Assembly: GCA_976551045.1 (NCBI GenBank)
Contig: CDPCPM010000045.1
Span: 15,934,001-15,998,000, forward strand
Direction of reading: 5' to 3'
DNA length: 64,000 bases
Source of the DNA: Glaucostegus cemiculus
Taxonomy: Eukaryota
Shown here: piece after piece, positions 11,950 through 25,229 of the stretch
Layout: each line of letters begins with the position of its first letter
How positions within the stretch are numbered: position 1 is the stretch's first letter
Notes under the pieces: generated by a model
What the model saw: the letters and a program-made list of their open reading frames with translations, nothing else
The model's database searches: none
What the model was told of the DNA's origin: nothing
Made by a program: the position numbers and the translations under genes

Positions 11950-14925
11950 GTTTCTTGGACGATTAGAATCTCTTCCAGGACAGAGGTGACCTGCACAAGA
12001 GGGGCAGGTTGCATCTGAACTGGAGGGGGACCAACATCCTGGTGGGAAGATTTGCTAGAGCTACTCAAAAGGGTTTAAACAAGTCTGGCAGGGGGATGGG
12101 ACCAAAGTCGTAGTGTAGATGAGAAAGATGAAGCAAATATGGAGGTTAAGGTGAGCAAGTCCAGTAGGCAGGCCAGATGGGTAGGACAGAGAGCAAAGAA
12201 GGTCTGACAGACCAAATTGCATTCATTTTAATGCAAGAAGCTGGAAGGGCAAGGCTGATAAAGTCTAGGCGTGGATTGGTACACGGAATTGTGATGATGC
12301 AGCCATTATGGAAACATAGTCGAGGGGTGTGCAGGAGTAGTTGCTCAGTGTTCTGGGTACAGATCATTCTGGCATGAAAGAGGTGAAGGTAATAGAGCAG
12401 AGAAAGTTGCACTATTGATTGGGAAGAAAGTCATGGCAGTACTTAGGATATCCTTGGGGGGTAATGTCCATTGAGGCCATATGGGTAGAATTTTAAAAAT
12501 AGGATTACTATGGTAGGGTTACATTATACCCCCACTCCCAGTAGTCAGCGGGAATTAGAGGAGCAAACATGGAGGGAAATTCATGGAGGAGTAACAGGGT
12601 TACAATAGTAGGTTGATTTTAACTTCTGTAGTGTTGACTGGGACTACCATAATTCCAAGGGATTGGATGGGGAAGAATTTATTGAGTGTGTCCAGGAAAA
12701 TTTTCTGAACCAAAATATGGAAGGCCCTACTGGAGAAGGGGCTGCAATTACCCAGTCTCATTTCCTAAGAGAAGGTCAAATGGCTGATGTGTCAGTGGGG
12801 AAATACTTTGGGACTAGTGACCATAATCTATCAGTTTCAAAGTAATTATGGAAAAAGATAGGACTGGTCCACAAGTTAAAGTCTTAAATTGAGGCAAGGC
12901 TAATTTTGATGATGTTAGACAGGAGTTTGCAAAAGTTGATTGGGAGAGGCTGTTAGTAGGCAAAGGGATGTCTGGTGAGTGGAAGGTCTTCAAAAGTGAC
13001 ATAGGAAGAGTTGAGGGCCACCATGTTCCTCTTACAGTGAAGGGCAAAGCTGGCAAAATTAGATGAAGGATATTGAGGCTCTGGTCAGGAAAAGAGAGGA
13101 GAGGCATATGCAAGATACAGGCAGCTGGGATGAGGAGTACACTTAAGAAGGAAATTAGGAGGGCAAAAGAGAGCCATGAAATATCACTGTCAGATAAGGT
13201 GAGAGAGAATCCTAAAAGATTCTGTAAATGAAGGGTAAAAGGGTAACTAGGGAGAGGGTAGGTCCCATTAAGGATCAGTTTGGTAATTTATGTGTGGAGC
13301 CACAGGAGATGGGCAAGGTCTTAAATGAATACTTCTCAATTATATTTATTGTGGAGCAGGACATGAAAGCTAGTGAGTTTGGGTAAGAGAACAATGAGAT
13401 CCTGTAGCATATTGACGTTATGAAGGACGTGTTGGCAATCTTGAAGTGCATAAAGGTGGATACGTCCCTGGGGCCTGAGCAGGTGTATCCTAGGATGTTG
13501 TGGGAAGCAAGGGAGGAGATTGCTGGGTCCCTGGCAGAGATTTGTATCTTCTTTAGCCACGGGTAGGTTACTGGGAGACTGGAGGATGGCTAATGTTGTG
13601 CCTTTATTTAAGAAAGGCTGCAAGGACAGACAAGGGAACTACAGGCTGATGAGCCTTAGGAAGGTTTCTGGAAGGTATTCTGAGGGATGGAATATATTTG
13701 ATTTGGATAGGCGAGGACTGATTAGGGTTTAGCAGGATGGCTCTGTTCATGGCAGATCAAGTCTCATAATGAGTTTTTCGAGGAATTGACGAGAGCAGGG
13801 TGGTGGATGTTGTCTGCATGGACTTTAGCAAGGCCTTTAACAAAGTCCTGCACGGTAAGCTGTTAGAATACATGGGGTCCAGGGTGAGATAGCAAATTAG
13901 ATACAAAGTTGGCTCAATGGTAGGAGGCAGAGGGTGGCAGTGGAGGGTTTGCTTTTCAATTTGGAGACCTGTAACCAGTGATGTGTTGCAGGGATCAGTG
14001 CTGGGTCCTTTATTATTGATTTGGAGGAGAATTTATGTGCCATGATTAGTAAGTTTGCAGATGACACAACAATTGGTGATACAGAGGACAGTGAAGGTTG
14101 CCTAAGGTTACAACAGGATCTAGATCAGCTGGGAAAGTGGGCAAAGGATTGGCTGTTGGAATTTAACTCTGACAACTGTGAAGTGATGCATTTTGGGAAG
14201 TGGATGCACAGTGAAGGGCAGGGCCCTAGGGAGTCTTATTAAATAGTCAGACCTTGGGATAAAAGTACGTAGTTCCCTGAAAGTGGAGGCAGACCGTAGT
14301 GAAGAAAGTGTATGCTGTATTTGCTGCAATTGGCCGAGGTATTGCGTATAAGAGTTAAGACATCATGTTACAGTTGTACAAGTCATTGGCTAGGTTCCAC
14401 ATGGAGTATTGTGTGCAGTTCTAGTTGTCATGCAATACGAAGTATGTGATTAAGCTAGAGAAGGTGAAGAAATGATTCACAGAAATGTTGCCTGGACTGG
14501 TGGGGTTGATTATAAGGAGCAATTGGATAGGCTGTGACTGTTCCCTGCAACAAAGGAGACTGGGGGTGACCTTGAAGAGATTTATAAAAATTATGGGGGA
14601 CCTAAATAGGGTAGATAGAATCTTTTTCCCAGGGCAGGGTAATCTAAAACTATAGGGCAAATTTAAGATGAGAGGATGAAAGTGTGAAGGAGATTTACAA
14701 GGGAAGTTTTCTTTTAACACAGAGGCTGGTAGGTGCCTGGAATGTGCTGCCAGGGGAAGAGGTGGAAGCAGTTTCAATCGCCATGTTCAAGAAACATTTA
14801 GACAGGCACATGAACAGCCAGGGAATAAAGGGATATGGAGCTTGTGAGGACAGATGGGATTAGTTTGGATTAGCATCATGGACTACAGGGCCTGTTCCTG
14901 TGCTGTACCACTCTGTGTTCCATGT
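11950..14925 (+). mobile_element. Degenerate near-full-length CR1 (ORF1 C-terminus + ORF2)
   Basis: 11970-12080 encodes LHLNWRGTNILVGRFARAT...GLN (CR1 ORF1 esterase-type C-terminus). ORF2 relics EFIECVQENFLNQ, DWRMANVVPLFKKG, ISKFADDT. Many frameshifts. Confidence 0.9.
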
Positions 14926-15352
14926 ATCTAATGACAAAACAAAATTTCACTTTCTGCTGGCTTTGTTGTTTTTCTAGTCAAGACTAATAAAATATTGCAG
15001 TATTTAGTAAATGTTTTTGTTATCCATTATGAAGTTCTTCTAGCTTTACATTATTTAAGGTTGGTTTTTGTTTTGATTTGCTAATTTTTATTGGTTTTAA
15101 TGAATAGGCCAAGCAACCATACATCTCTTCAGTAAATCAAATTGAAAGATTGTAGTGTTGTGACCAAAGTGCAAGGACATTGATGAAAGTACATTAATAA
15201 ATTGAAGTCTGCATTGGCGCGGGTGGGCGGGGAGGAGGAGGGAAATAGGCTTTTAAAAAAAATTTCCATATTGATGATCTGAATTAAAAATACGTATCAA
15301 GTTGCATGGTAAATGGGATGGAATCTTAATAGTTATTCTTTCATTCTTGCAG

Positions 15353-15610
15353 ACAGTACCACCAGCGAGATCAGAATCTCCAGTATATGCAAATTTGCAA
15401 GAACTGAAAATATCTCAAGCTAACCTACCCCCCATTCCCACTAGTCCTCCCATCCAAATTCATGGTGAATGGGAGGTGCATAAAGATACCACAGGACGCA
15501 CATTCTATTACCACAAGGGAACACAAGAAAGAAGTTGGAAGCCCCCTCGATGGACAAGAGACTCTGTAAATAAAGAGCTTGATAACCAAGGAGATTCTCT
15601 AAAGTGTGGA
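15353..15610 (+). CDS. ARHGAP12: ARHGAP12 internal coding exon (SPVYANL motif + first WW domain), 258 nt, phase 0-0
   Basis: Acceptor ttcattcttgcag, donor gtaagt. Translates TVPPARSESPVYANLQELKISQ...GEWEVHKDTTGRTFYYHKGTQERSWKPPRW..., matching the recalled vertebrate ARHGAP12 sequence (SPVYANLQELKISQ; WW W..YY..W.PP). Confidence 0.95.
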
Positions 15611-16539
15611 GTAAGTACATGTATTTAAAAACTAAATGTAATATTGGAACTGGCTGTGGTGTCATGTTTACAAAATTTCTATTAGTACTTAATTGTTTGA
15701 GAATACTTCTAGCTGATTACTACCTACAACCTCCCTCAGCTGATGAAGTTGTACTCAACTGTATTGAACTTGCCTTAGGACAACATGGGACCTTAAAGCA
15801 CTGTAGCTGGAAAATTTTATTGTCCTTCAACTAAGATGACATTGCCCTATCACTAATGACCTAGCTTGTAGGATCACTTGTGTAGGATCAGACCTATATG
15901 GGGTGCAGATTGAACAAATGTGAAAACGTAATTGACCTCATCCTCTCCAGTCTACCTTAATTGGATCTGGCCATGTCATTAAAGTTCCCATCTAGTATAG
16001 TCATTGTGGAGGCAAAGATCTGTCTTTATGCTGTGGACTGTCTCTGTCATGTTCTGTTGCACTGCCAGTGTGCTAAATGTGACACGATCAAGATAGATCC
16101 AGCAGCTAACTTTTGCATCCTTGAGATTATGCAGTCTATTAGCATAACAGATTTGAATTTCACTGCAGCCTATAACATCATGTGCTAGCAATTCCATAAC
16201 TATGTCTAATACTACTTCCTTACAAGGGACTCTAGCCCTTATTTTGTAATGAATGTAAAAGTACATCAGGAATAGCACTTGCACTGAGTTCAATTAAGTT
16301 ACAGCCAGGACCACATAGCTGAGTAAACAATGAAAGCAGCATGCTATAGAAAACTACACAATCCCACAACAGCTGAATCCGATCAGAGCAGTGTTGTCCT
16401 GTCGTAGTCCTGCCTGTTGGCTTCGGCCAGTTAACCAGCTAATAGTTAGATGGGCCAGCTCCATTAAAATTCTCATTCTCAAAGTTGCTGGGTGTCCTGC
16501 AGCAGCAGAGTGCACTAGTCACGACTGAGGAGTCTGCAG

Positions 16540-17150
16540 CCAGCAAGTTGACTGGCTGATGCATCTCTGCTCCTGAGGGTCGATCAACACAAAACAAGAA
16601 TTCCAATTAATTCTACATGATATCAAGAAATGGCTGAATTGCATTCATCAACTGATTTGGGTATAGTGCTCGTGCTCTGGAACTGGCTAAGCTACAAACC
16701 AAGCTGTTCCAGTACAGGTACTACATTGACACCTACCCATCAATTTAGAAAATTGTCTTAGTATGTTCTCCACAAAAAGCAGGATAAATCCAATCTAATT
16801 ACCAAAGCTGTCATTATACTGCTAATCAACCAAAAAATGATGTAGGGTGCAGCAGCAATACTATTAAATGGCACCTACTTAATAACCTGTGGATTAAAAA
16901 TCAGTTTAGATTCTGCGATTGCCATTTAGTTCTTGAATTCTTGACCATCTTGGTCCAGAAATGGACAAGAGAACTGAATTATGGAAATAGTGTCCCTTCA
17001 AGGACTCAGTACAAAAAAAAAGTCAGTGGAAACTGAGTCAAAGTTCTAAGGGAAAATCTCTCTTCTGGCTGAAGTCAAATTTAGTGCAGAAGATGGTTAT
17101 GATTGTTCTGTTAATCTTAGTTCCTGGGTATCATTACAGTTTCTCAGTTC
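16540..17150 (+). mobile_element. Very old CR1-clade LINE remnant
   Basis: aagctgttccagtacag, caggataaatccaatc...aattacc motifs also seen in the old copy at 60240-60370. Confidence 0.4.
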
Positions 17151-18029
17151 AGTGGCCCGGGTATGAAATAAGGTCCACATAGTCTATTTGATTATATATA
17201 ATTACAGTTTTATTATCAGTCACACAATTATTTCAACTCCCTTTAAACTACTAGTAAACTCAATTGTGGTGTTAAATTTGAGTTTGGATGTGTATGTCCA
17301 GTACACAATATTGGGAATTTAAATATGTAATGATGCTTTCGTAGGTTCCTCAGCATTTCCAACACTGTACAGTTAAGACATCTTAGAACTTATCAGAAGA
17401 TTGAAGACTTGTCATTTAATATTGATTACATAACTTGAGATTGTCAAGTCACTAAAGAAATGTGCACTGAAATTATTTGAAATTTGAGCTGCCTTTTCAA
17501 AAGTTACACGTATTGCATACACTTTTATCCCCACATTATACCATGTATTCAGTGCAGCAGATTTATGTGTCAAGCAACTGTAGTCCACATTAGTGGAATG
17601 TATTTCGGTTTGTATCTGCAGTGTTATGACTGTTGTATGTTGATGCTCTAAGTCAGGGTGATCACATATTTGTAACAGTGCCTAGCATACTATCTGGATA
17701 TAATAGTACTATTTCCCGTAACCTCTGTGTATAGAGAACCTGAAGCCATTTAGTACTTAAAAATTATAAAGTTGTAGGGTCATAAAGATGTACACCAAAG
17801 AAAAATGCCCTTTGGCCTACCATGTTCATGCCAACCATCATCTACCCATTCATACTAATCCTACATTAATCCCACCTGTATGATGTTAGGCACAAATTTA
17901 AGTAATGATGTTCCAAAGTTATGAATAGTATGGCATATATAGTTTATTTCTGATTTCTCTAAATATTCATTGCAGGCTCACAATAAAAACTGCAAGTTAA
18001 GCAATGTGTCAGTATCCATAGAACATATG

Positions 18030-18250
18030 TCAGTGTCAAAGTTGAGTTTATTGTCACATGCACAAGTACATCTATGCACGGGTGCAATGGAAAAACTTAA
18101 TTGCAGCAGCATCACGGGAACATATCATCAGATAAGCAGCATTCACAAGCAAAACATAAATTTAAAGATATGTTATACACAATTTTCACGAGAGAGCACA
18201 ATTAGAACAAAAAGAATTGTTTTTATTCCAAAGAGTGTCATTTTATTATA
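18030..18250 (-). mobile_element. Rex1/Babar-like 3' UTR fragment
   Basis: Minus-strand tail ...gcatgtgacaataaactcaactttgac, same architecture as the other Rex-Babar tails here. Confidence 0.5.
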
Positions 18251-18898
18251 AAGAGATAATATAGCTACAACAACTTTTTAGGTACTTAGTGTCTTTAACA
18301 TAGACTATCCCAGGACTCTTAAGTATAATCAGCCAAAAAGGTCACAAGGTCAAAAGATAACTTTGGCATGACTGTGTAATTGTTTGACTTTTCAGGAAGA
18401 TTTTAAAAAGAATGAGGGAGTCGGAAGTCAAGAGAGGGAGGCTGAGGTAGATGAAGATATGGCTGACAAAAAGAATGCATAAGTGGCTATAGTTGGAGAA
18501 AAATGGAGCTGGAGGTTATAGGAGTGTGAAGGTGAAGCTGTAGGTTCAGACATGAAAATGAGAAATTAAAATTTGTCTCCAGGGATCAGGTGACAATTCA
18601 GATCAACAATGGCATTCATGATGGTTGGGCAAGATATTAAATGGTGCTACTTCTACTGGCAGATTGACTTAAAAGAACTTGGATACATTCTGAAAAACAT
18701 GAACTACAATCCCTGGTAGTGGTGACAGGACTGGGAAATGTTTGCATTTATTTTGCCGTTAAATTAAGGGGATACTTTCTGTCAAAGGGAAATCTGCATC
18801 TACTTCTGTATTTTTTCAGTAACAGCATTCTCAAATGCCTGAAGCTTACATAATCAGACACATAAAGCACAACATGTTACTTCTCTAAATGCTTCCAG

Positions 18899-19039
18899 TA
18901 TCTCATCACAGAAGAGAACTGTCGCAGCTTTTACTCGAGCCATTCTGATAATCAGTTTGATTTGCCACCACGTGGGTGGTCAGAAGAATTGGATGATCGT
19001 GGCCAAACTTTATATGTTAATGAATATACTAATGAAAAG
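18899..19039 (+). CDS. ARHGAP12: ARHGAP12 exon, 141 nt, phase 0-0 (YLITEENC...PPRGWSEELDDRGQTLYVNEYTNEK)
   Basis: Acceptor gcttccag, donor gtactt, open frame. PPRGWSEELD.RG.TLY...YTNEK matches the WW-like segment of ARHGAP12. Too short for the ORF track. Confidence 0.93.
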
Positions 19040-19686
19040 GTACTTTGATTTATTTTTCTTGTTGATTTGCTTTGCATCTGCCTGGGCTTCATTTGTACAG
19101 CTCTTTGTACTGATGTAACTTACAATGGTAGAGGATAATGCATTGAAAATTTCATTGGGTGAGCTTGACTATATCTGACAAATTTCCATTTCCTATTAGT
19201 GGTAATTAATTGCTAGAATGGGCATAAGTAAATGGGAACATTCTTATCAATCAATCCAAATGTTTATTGATCAGATTTTCAGTAAAGAGGATCCATTTTA
19301 AGGAACCAACTGGAACTTGTGTCTACACTTAATATTTGGTATAAAGAGCTTTACATTTTCTACCTTGCTGATTGAAAGAAATTGAGTATATTTGTTAGTC
19401 TGATAGCTATTCATATTTTTAAATTATTTGATTATGTAAAATATTTTTGGACACATAGATATATTAAAAAAAAATATTTAAGTCCTCTACTGTATCCTAA
19501 ACTTTGGTGCTGTGATTTCCATTGTCTCTATCTTAGTATTTTCAGTCAGCCGTTAGGAGTTTACAGTAAAGTTTTGGTATAATGATCTTGCAGATATTTT
19601 CCATTATGTATTTGATATAATAATTAGGCTTTGATAAATCCCACGAACAGATTTCCAAGCATATGTGAGCATGTTTTTGTTTGCAG

Positions 19687-19767
19687 TGGATGAAGCATAT
19701 TGATGATCAAGGTCGACCATATTATTATCGTGCTGATGGATCCAAATCTGAATGGGAATTGCCACAG
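19687..19767 (+). CDS. ARHGAP12: ARHGAP12 exon, 81 nt, WW domain (WMKHIDDQGRPYYYRADGSKSEWELPQ)
   Basis: Acceptor tttgtttgcag, donor gtgagt, phase 0-0, canonical WW pattern. Confidence 0.95.
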
Positions 19768-20101
19768 GTGAGTTTGTTACTTTTGCAGATGTTTGATGAT
19801 AACTAAGATTTTAAAGTATCTTTTGAATGATTTAATGTTTTCCTGTTTTCAGTTGTGAATTTTATTTGCTTGATCCATGGTTTAAGTGAGAAATTCAGAA
19901 TGATATATTGGCATTTTATTAAATAGTTAGCATAGTACTTAGCATAATTAATATTAAAGAGGGGAACTTTCACAATTTAAAGTATAGGTAGAGACAAGCA
20001 TGAACTTATTGGCATCCATTCTTAAGGGAGTTCAGGTGATTGATCATTTAAAAATGGTCTTCCTTTGCCCAGGAGATAATTGACTGCAGATTTCTCTCTG
20101 T

Positions 20102-20922
20102 GTATGGAGTTCAGTCCAGAGAAGGGTGAGGTGGTACTCTTTGGAAGGACAAACACCAAGGCAGAGTACAAAGTTAATGGCAGGATTCTGGGTAGTGTGG
20201 AGGAGCAGAACGATCTAGGGGTCCATATCCACAGATCCCTGAAAGTTGCCTCACAGGTGGATAGGGTAGTTAAAAAAAAGCTAATGGGATGTTAGCTTTC
20301 ATAAGTCGAGGGATCGAGTTTAAGAGTTGCGGAGTAATGATGCAGCTCTATAAAACTGATTAGACCACACTTAGAGTATTGTGTCTAGTTCTAGTCACCT
20401 CATTATAGGAAGGATGTGGAAGCGTTGGAAAGAGTACAGAGGAGATTTACCAGGATGCTGCCTGGTTTAGAGAGTATGCATTATGAGGAGAGACTAAGGG
20501 AGCTAGGGCTTTACTCTTTGGAGAGAAGGAGTATGAGGGGAAACATGATCACAAGATCACAAGATCTGTACAAAATATTAAGAGGGATAGATAGAGTGGA
20601 CAGCCAGCACCTCTTTCCCAGGGCACCAGTGCTCAATACAAGAGGGCATGGCTTTAAAGTAATAGATGGGAAGTTCAAGGGAGATATTAGAGGAAGGCTT
20701 TTTACCCAGAGAGTGGTTGGTGCGTGGAATGTGCTGCCTGGGGCAGTGGTGGAGGCAGGTACATCGGTCAAATTCAAGAGATTAATAGATAAGCATATGG
20801 AGGAATTTAAAATAGAGGGATATGTGGCAGGAAGGGGCTAGATAGTCTTAGGTGAGGTTTAAAGGTCGGCACAACATTGTGGGCTGAAGGGCTTGTATTG
20901 TGCTGTACTGTTCTATGTTCTA
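20102..20922 (+). mobile_element. 5'-truncated CR1
   Basis: ORFs 20080..20295 and 20416..20841 (ALERVQRRFTRMLPG, TQRVVGAWNVLP). Tail tgttctatgttct. Confidence 0.92.
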
Positions 20923-21004
20923 AAGATGAACTAAACTGAATTAAAACAGCATTTCATAACAAGAATTATATATTGGCATTTTTTCTATTATGATTAAATG
21001 GAAG

Positions 21005-21290
21005 TTATGGTTAGTGGTGTTAGTCTTGGTCCAACGGGAAGATTCTGCTTCTGGGTCAGAAGGATGCAGATTTGAACCACAAAAAGGATACTTAGCACCG
21101 GGGATGACTTTTTTGCTCTATTAAGTGTATGTACCAGTATTGGAGGTGGAGTCTGTCAGACAAGATGTTAAGCTGCTGACAGGTGGACATAATAGAATAC
21201 TGTAACAATTTCAAGAAAGGCAGGGGAGTTGTTTGGGATTCTGGCCAACAAACTGTCCCTTAACCAATTCTAAAAATGTTGCTTTTTGTG
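21005..21290 (+). mobile_element. Degenerate DeuSINE (SacSINE1/AmnSINE-like) copy
   Basis: caggtggacataa...caggggagttg...ctggccaaca...ccttaaccaa resembles the recalled Deu-domain consensus. Highly diverged. Confidence 0.45.
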
Positions 21291-21319
21291 GAATCCTGTT
21301 TTATGCGAAGTGGCATAAA

Positions 21320-21418
21320 AAGAGAAAATGCTGAAAAAAGCTCAGCAGGCCAGGGAGCATCTGTGGAAAGAGAACCAATTAACATTTCATTTCTGGGATC
21401 CTTCATCAGAACTGAGAA
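21320..21418 (-). mobile_element. Penelope-like pLTR fragment with hammerhead ribozyme core
   Basis: Minus strand cagtt-CTGATGA-aggatcccagaaat-GAAA-tgtt-aattg followed by gatgctccctggcctgctgagc. Confidence 0.6.
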
Positions 21419-21996
21419 AAAGGATCCTGCTTTTGTGGGAAATGGCTGCTATTGTTTCCTGTATTATAATCTTGACTACTTAATTAATGATGACTTGTGG
21501 TAATTCTGGGATCATAAAAGGAACTTCAAATCCAACTTGCTTTCTTTCAGTGGCATTGATGGCTAAGAAATGAAATTTATTTCGTAATGTAGTGAAGAAG
21601 GTTATTAAATGGGATTCCATGGCTATCCTGTTCTGTACTTGTATCATTTTATAGTTCTTTAAATGCTCTCACATTTATAAATTTGGGGTTTAACCCCATT
21701 ATTGCATCAAGTGTAGTTTTCACATTAGAAGTATTTTGCCAAATTCGTATTTTTTAGGGTTGAGCATGTAGTATAGAAAATCCAGTGAGATGAATTCTAT
21801 ATACAAGTTGACAGTTAAATTAATTTTTGAACATTGATCATTGTTATTAAGATATTTTTCCCAATCTGATTTATCCAGCGACTGTTTCCTTTAGAGAATA
21901 TGGAATTAAGAAATATTTAGATGAGTAATATTAACAATGTATTACATTTACTTTTCATTTGAAATAATGAATTTTAGGGCAGAATGGAAATTAAGT

Positions 21997-22726
21997 TCAC
22001 AAGATCACAAGATAATGGAGCAGAAGAAGGCCAGTCGGCCCATCGAGTCTGCTCCAAAGGGAAGGGAGGGTGGGGAAAAAGAGGATAAGAGAAAAAAAAA
22101 ACTATTCTAAGTCCAAATCCCTGCCTTATCTCCATATCCCTTGATACCTTGACCAATTAGATATCTATCTAGTTCCTTCTTGAATAGCCCCAATGATTTG
22201 GCTTCCACTGCTTTCTGTGGTAAGGAGTTCCACAGGTTCACCACCCTCTGGCTAAAAAAATTCCTCCTTATCTCTGTTTTGAACCTGCTTCCTCTAATTC
22301 TAAGGTTGTGTCCTCTAGTCCTGGATTCCCCCACCAAGGGAAACAGCTTGACCACATTCACTTTGTCCATTCCTTTCAACATCTTGTACGTTTCTATTAG
22401 GTCCCCTCTCATTCTTCTGTACTCCAACGAGTACAGTCCAAGTGACGACATATGTAAACTTTTTCATCCCAGGAATCATCCTAGTAAATCTCCTCTGAAC
22501 CCTCTCCAACGTCAGCACATCCTTCCTAAGGTATGGGGCCCAAAACTGCACACAGTACTCCAAGTGAGGCCTCACCATTGCCCCATATAGCCTCATCAAC
22601 ACTTCCTTGCTTTTATATACTATACCCCTCGAAATAAATGCCAACATAGCATTCGCTTTCCTTACTGCCGATCCAACCTGGCGGTTAACCTTTAGGTTAT
22701 CCTGTACGAGCACCCCTAAGTCCCTT
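21997..22726 (-). mobile_element. Young 5'-truncated CR1 with (atcttgtg)n tail
   Basis: ORFs 22315..22713 and 22107..22451 (RPHLEYCVQFWAP, RRMRGDLIETYK, SQRVVNLWNSLP) separated by one small deletion near 22450. Confidence 0.93.
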
Positions 22727-23739
22727 AGTTAACGTGCTACCAGCACCTGCAATCCTATTTTTCCTTTTAGTTCTAAGCTCCCTGTAGGAAGTAACACCTC
22801 CTAGGACCATTGTCATGCTATTGTAGGAGATGGGCCTGCTATTTTATGATACACTACCCATGTCAATTAAATCAATAAAGTAATAACTTTACTGAGTGAC
22901 CGGACATCTGAGCACTCAATAGGGGAATTTTCCAGTCAAAAAATGCAGTCACCTACACGATTGTCTTGCACATCTCCTTAATGCAAACTACCTAGTACAT
23001 CTACCAATAATTAAAGAATATTTAAATTCTCTATTTCATAAATCTCTTTCAAAATTGTTTTAAGCATGATTATTCAAAGTTTTTCCCTTTTATTATCTGA
23101 ATCTTGCTGGATTTATTTATCACATATTTATTAATTTCTTCATTTAATTGTTTTGCACATGCCTTCCCAGCTTAGTTGTAGTTGATCAGTTTCCCCTCTA
23201 AGAACAGGTGCTAATGGAATCCCCTTTAGCAATATATTGACTTCACTGATGTTCTTATCCTTCCCTAATTTACTGTCTAGCTGCGAACATAATTCTGAGA
23301 GTTACCCAGACTTCTGAATTCAACATCAGGAGTACAGGCCTTGCTTTACCTGAACTATTGACTTTTGCTACACATTTGTTGTATTCAATATGCCTTAAAC
23401 CCTGGAAACCAGGATGTGATGACAACAGTAATTCACATTAACCTCCCTATAACTCTTTGAGTCCCCTGCCATTACTGCATTTCCAACTATATTGTTAAAC
23501 TCCAAGCTATTTCATGCTTACTGCTCCCACTTAATTGATAGCTATAAATTCAAATTTCTTTGTGGACCTTTCCTTCTTTTACATGTATCCTTAATTTCTT
23601 TTGTACTCTCTACATTCTCAGGCCACTGCATTTCTATTCTTTAAGAACTATAAATCTGTTCTCGTTTGTCAAATTCTGCATTTTTCCAAATAGTTTCTCA
23701 ATTAGTGACTGCCTCCAAATACACGTTAATGAGTCCTCT

Positions 23740-24250
23740 GAGATCGAAGGACTTCCTTCCATTTTTTTTTGGTTCTGAGGTGACTGATAAGCTGTTGTGT
23801 GAACTGTAGACTCTGCCACAGATGGGGTAGGCTGTGCCTGGCCTGGCAGCTGGGTAGATTGAGAGATGGTGTGCTTCTTTTGGCTATTTATGTAAGGCTT
23901 CTATGTGCATGGATTCAAGTTCTCAATGCTCCTCATGATTTGGAAGGCATCATTACATTTTTTTTCGAGGAACACAGCATCCTCACCGACTCTAAGGTAT
24001 TGCAGCCCATGACCACATGACTATTTCCTCTGTTTACCTGATAACCTCTTCCTTTAACAATGCCTGGAATAGTGTGTCTGTTATGGGAGTCCAACTGAAA
24101 GTAACTGGGACCTCAGCATTAGCCTGATAGAGGGCATTGCCATTGGTTCGCTTAACCTAATGAATTGGAAAAATTTGCAGAATCGGTCTTGGTGGTATCT
24201 TTCCAATGCCTTGAGGTGCCTAGAGTAGCTAGTCCAAGTTCCAAAGCACA
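23740..24250 (-). mobile_element. Degenerate RTE-clade LINE 3' remnant
   Basis: ORF 24081..24296 contains WTSYSRHLKALERYHQ, similar to RTE ORF C-terminal motifs. Confidence 0.55.
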
Positions 24251-25229
24251 TAGGAGGGCAGGGATCATTGCTACCCAGGTCATGATCTTTAAACATTACC
24301 TCAATCTAATTAATTATTGGTTGTCATTCCAGTTAAGAACCCATTGACTAAATGAGAGAATGTTGAAGGTAATCAAGGATTGATGAAAAGAAGGAAAGGG
24401 GAAAATGTGGAATGTAAAGCAGTTGGATGAATGATTGGGGGTGGAAATATCCAGGAACACAAACTCGAAGGTGGACCCTTTACTTGATTGACAAAATTGC
24501 CCCACTGAGTATCCATGTATCCAGTTAGTCAGCTGTTGTTATTTTATTCCATTGTTGATCTGGTAGTCATGTAAGCCAACAGATGTTTCCTGATTTTATT
24601 TTCTTGGCAACCTTGCTGTGGAATATCTTTGATTCTTAGAATGGAATTCAAATTATTGCTTTCACTGTAGGCTTGACCTAGCGCACATGCAATGTTTATA
24701 AAATACATTTTTAAGCAGTTCCATGTGTGGAAGGTAACATATGAAAAGTGTCCGCAGTTCATCTGAATTTTTGATATATGAAAATTCTCCTTGATGGTGA
24801 AAGAGCTGTTTATGGAAAAGGCTGCATTAAGTTGAGGGGGGCTCCTGAGCAATATATTTTTTTAAATAAAGGTGTATATAGCATGCAAAAAGATGATTTT
24901 AAACCATTGCAATTTGAAAGAGACTCATAACCTAAGATTTGAAGCAAGAACCTGATGAATATATACTTAACAATTCTTTGTAACGCTGTGGTTACTTTAA
25001 CTGTGTGTTCCACTTCAGATATTTTTGCTTCAGTGTCTCAGATCACTGTTGTAAATAAGCTCCAGCTTTTATATCCCCGACCAGTTTTCACCTGCCTTGT
25101 TCATGAAGTGAATTAGTAGCTTTCCAGAAAAGAAATGGAGAACATACTTTCCTATTCATTTTTGGGAAAAATTCAGAATGACACCATTAGATTATATTTT
25201 AGATTCAACCACCAAGGAGAGTTTATTAC

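Noticed and set aside
15302-15352. ORF-track start MHGKWDGILIVILSFLQ resembling a signal peptide
   Set aside because: It is the intronic polypyrimidine tract before the AG at 15351-15352.
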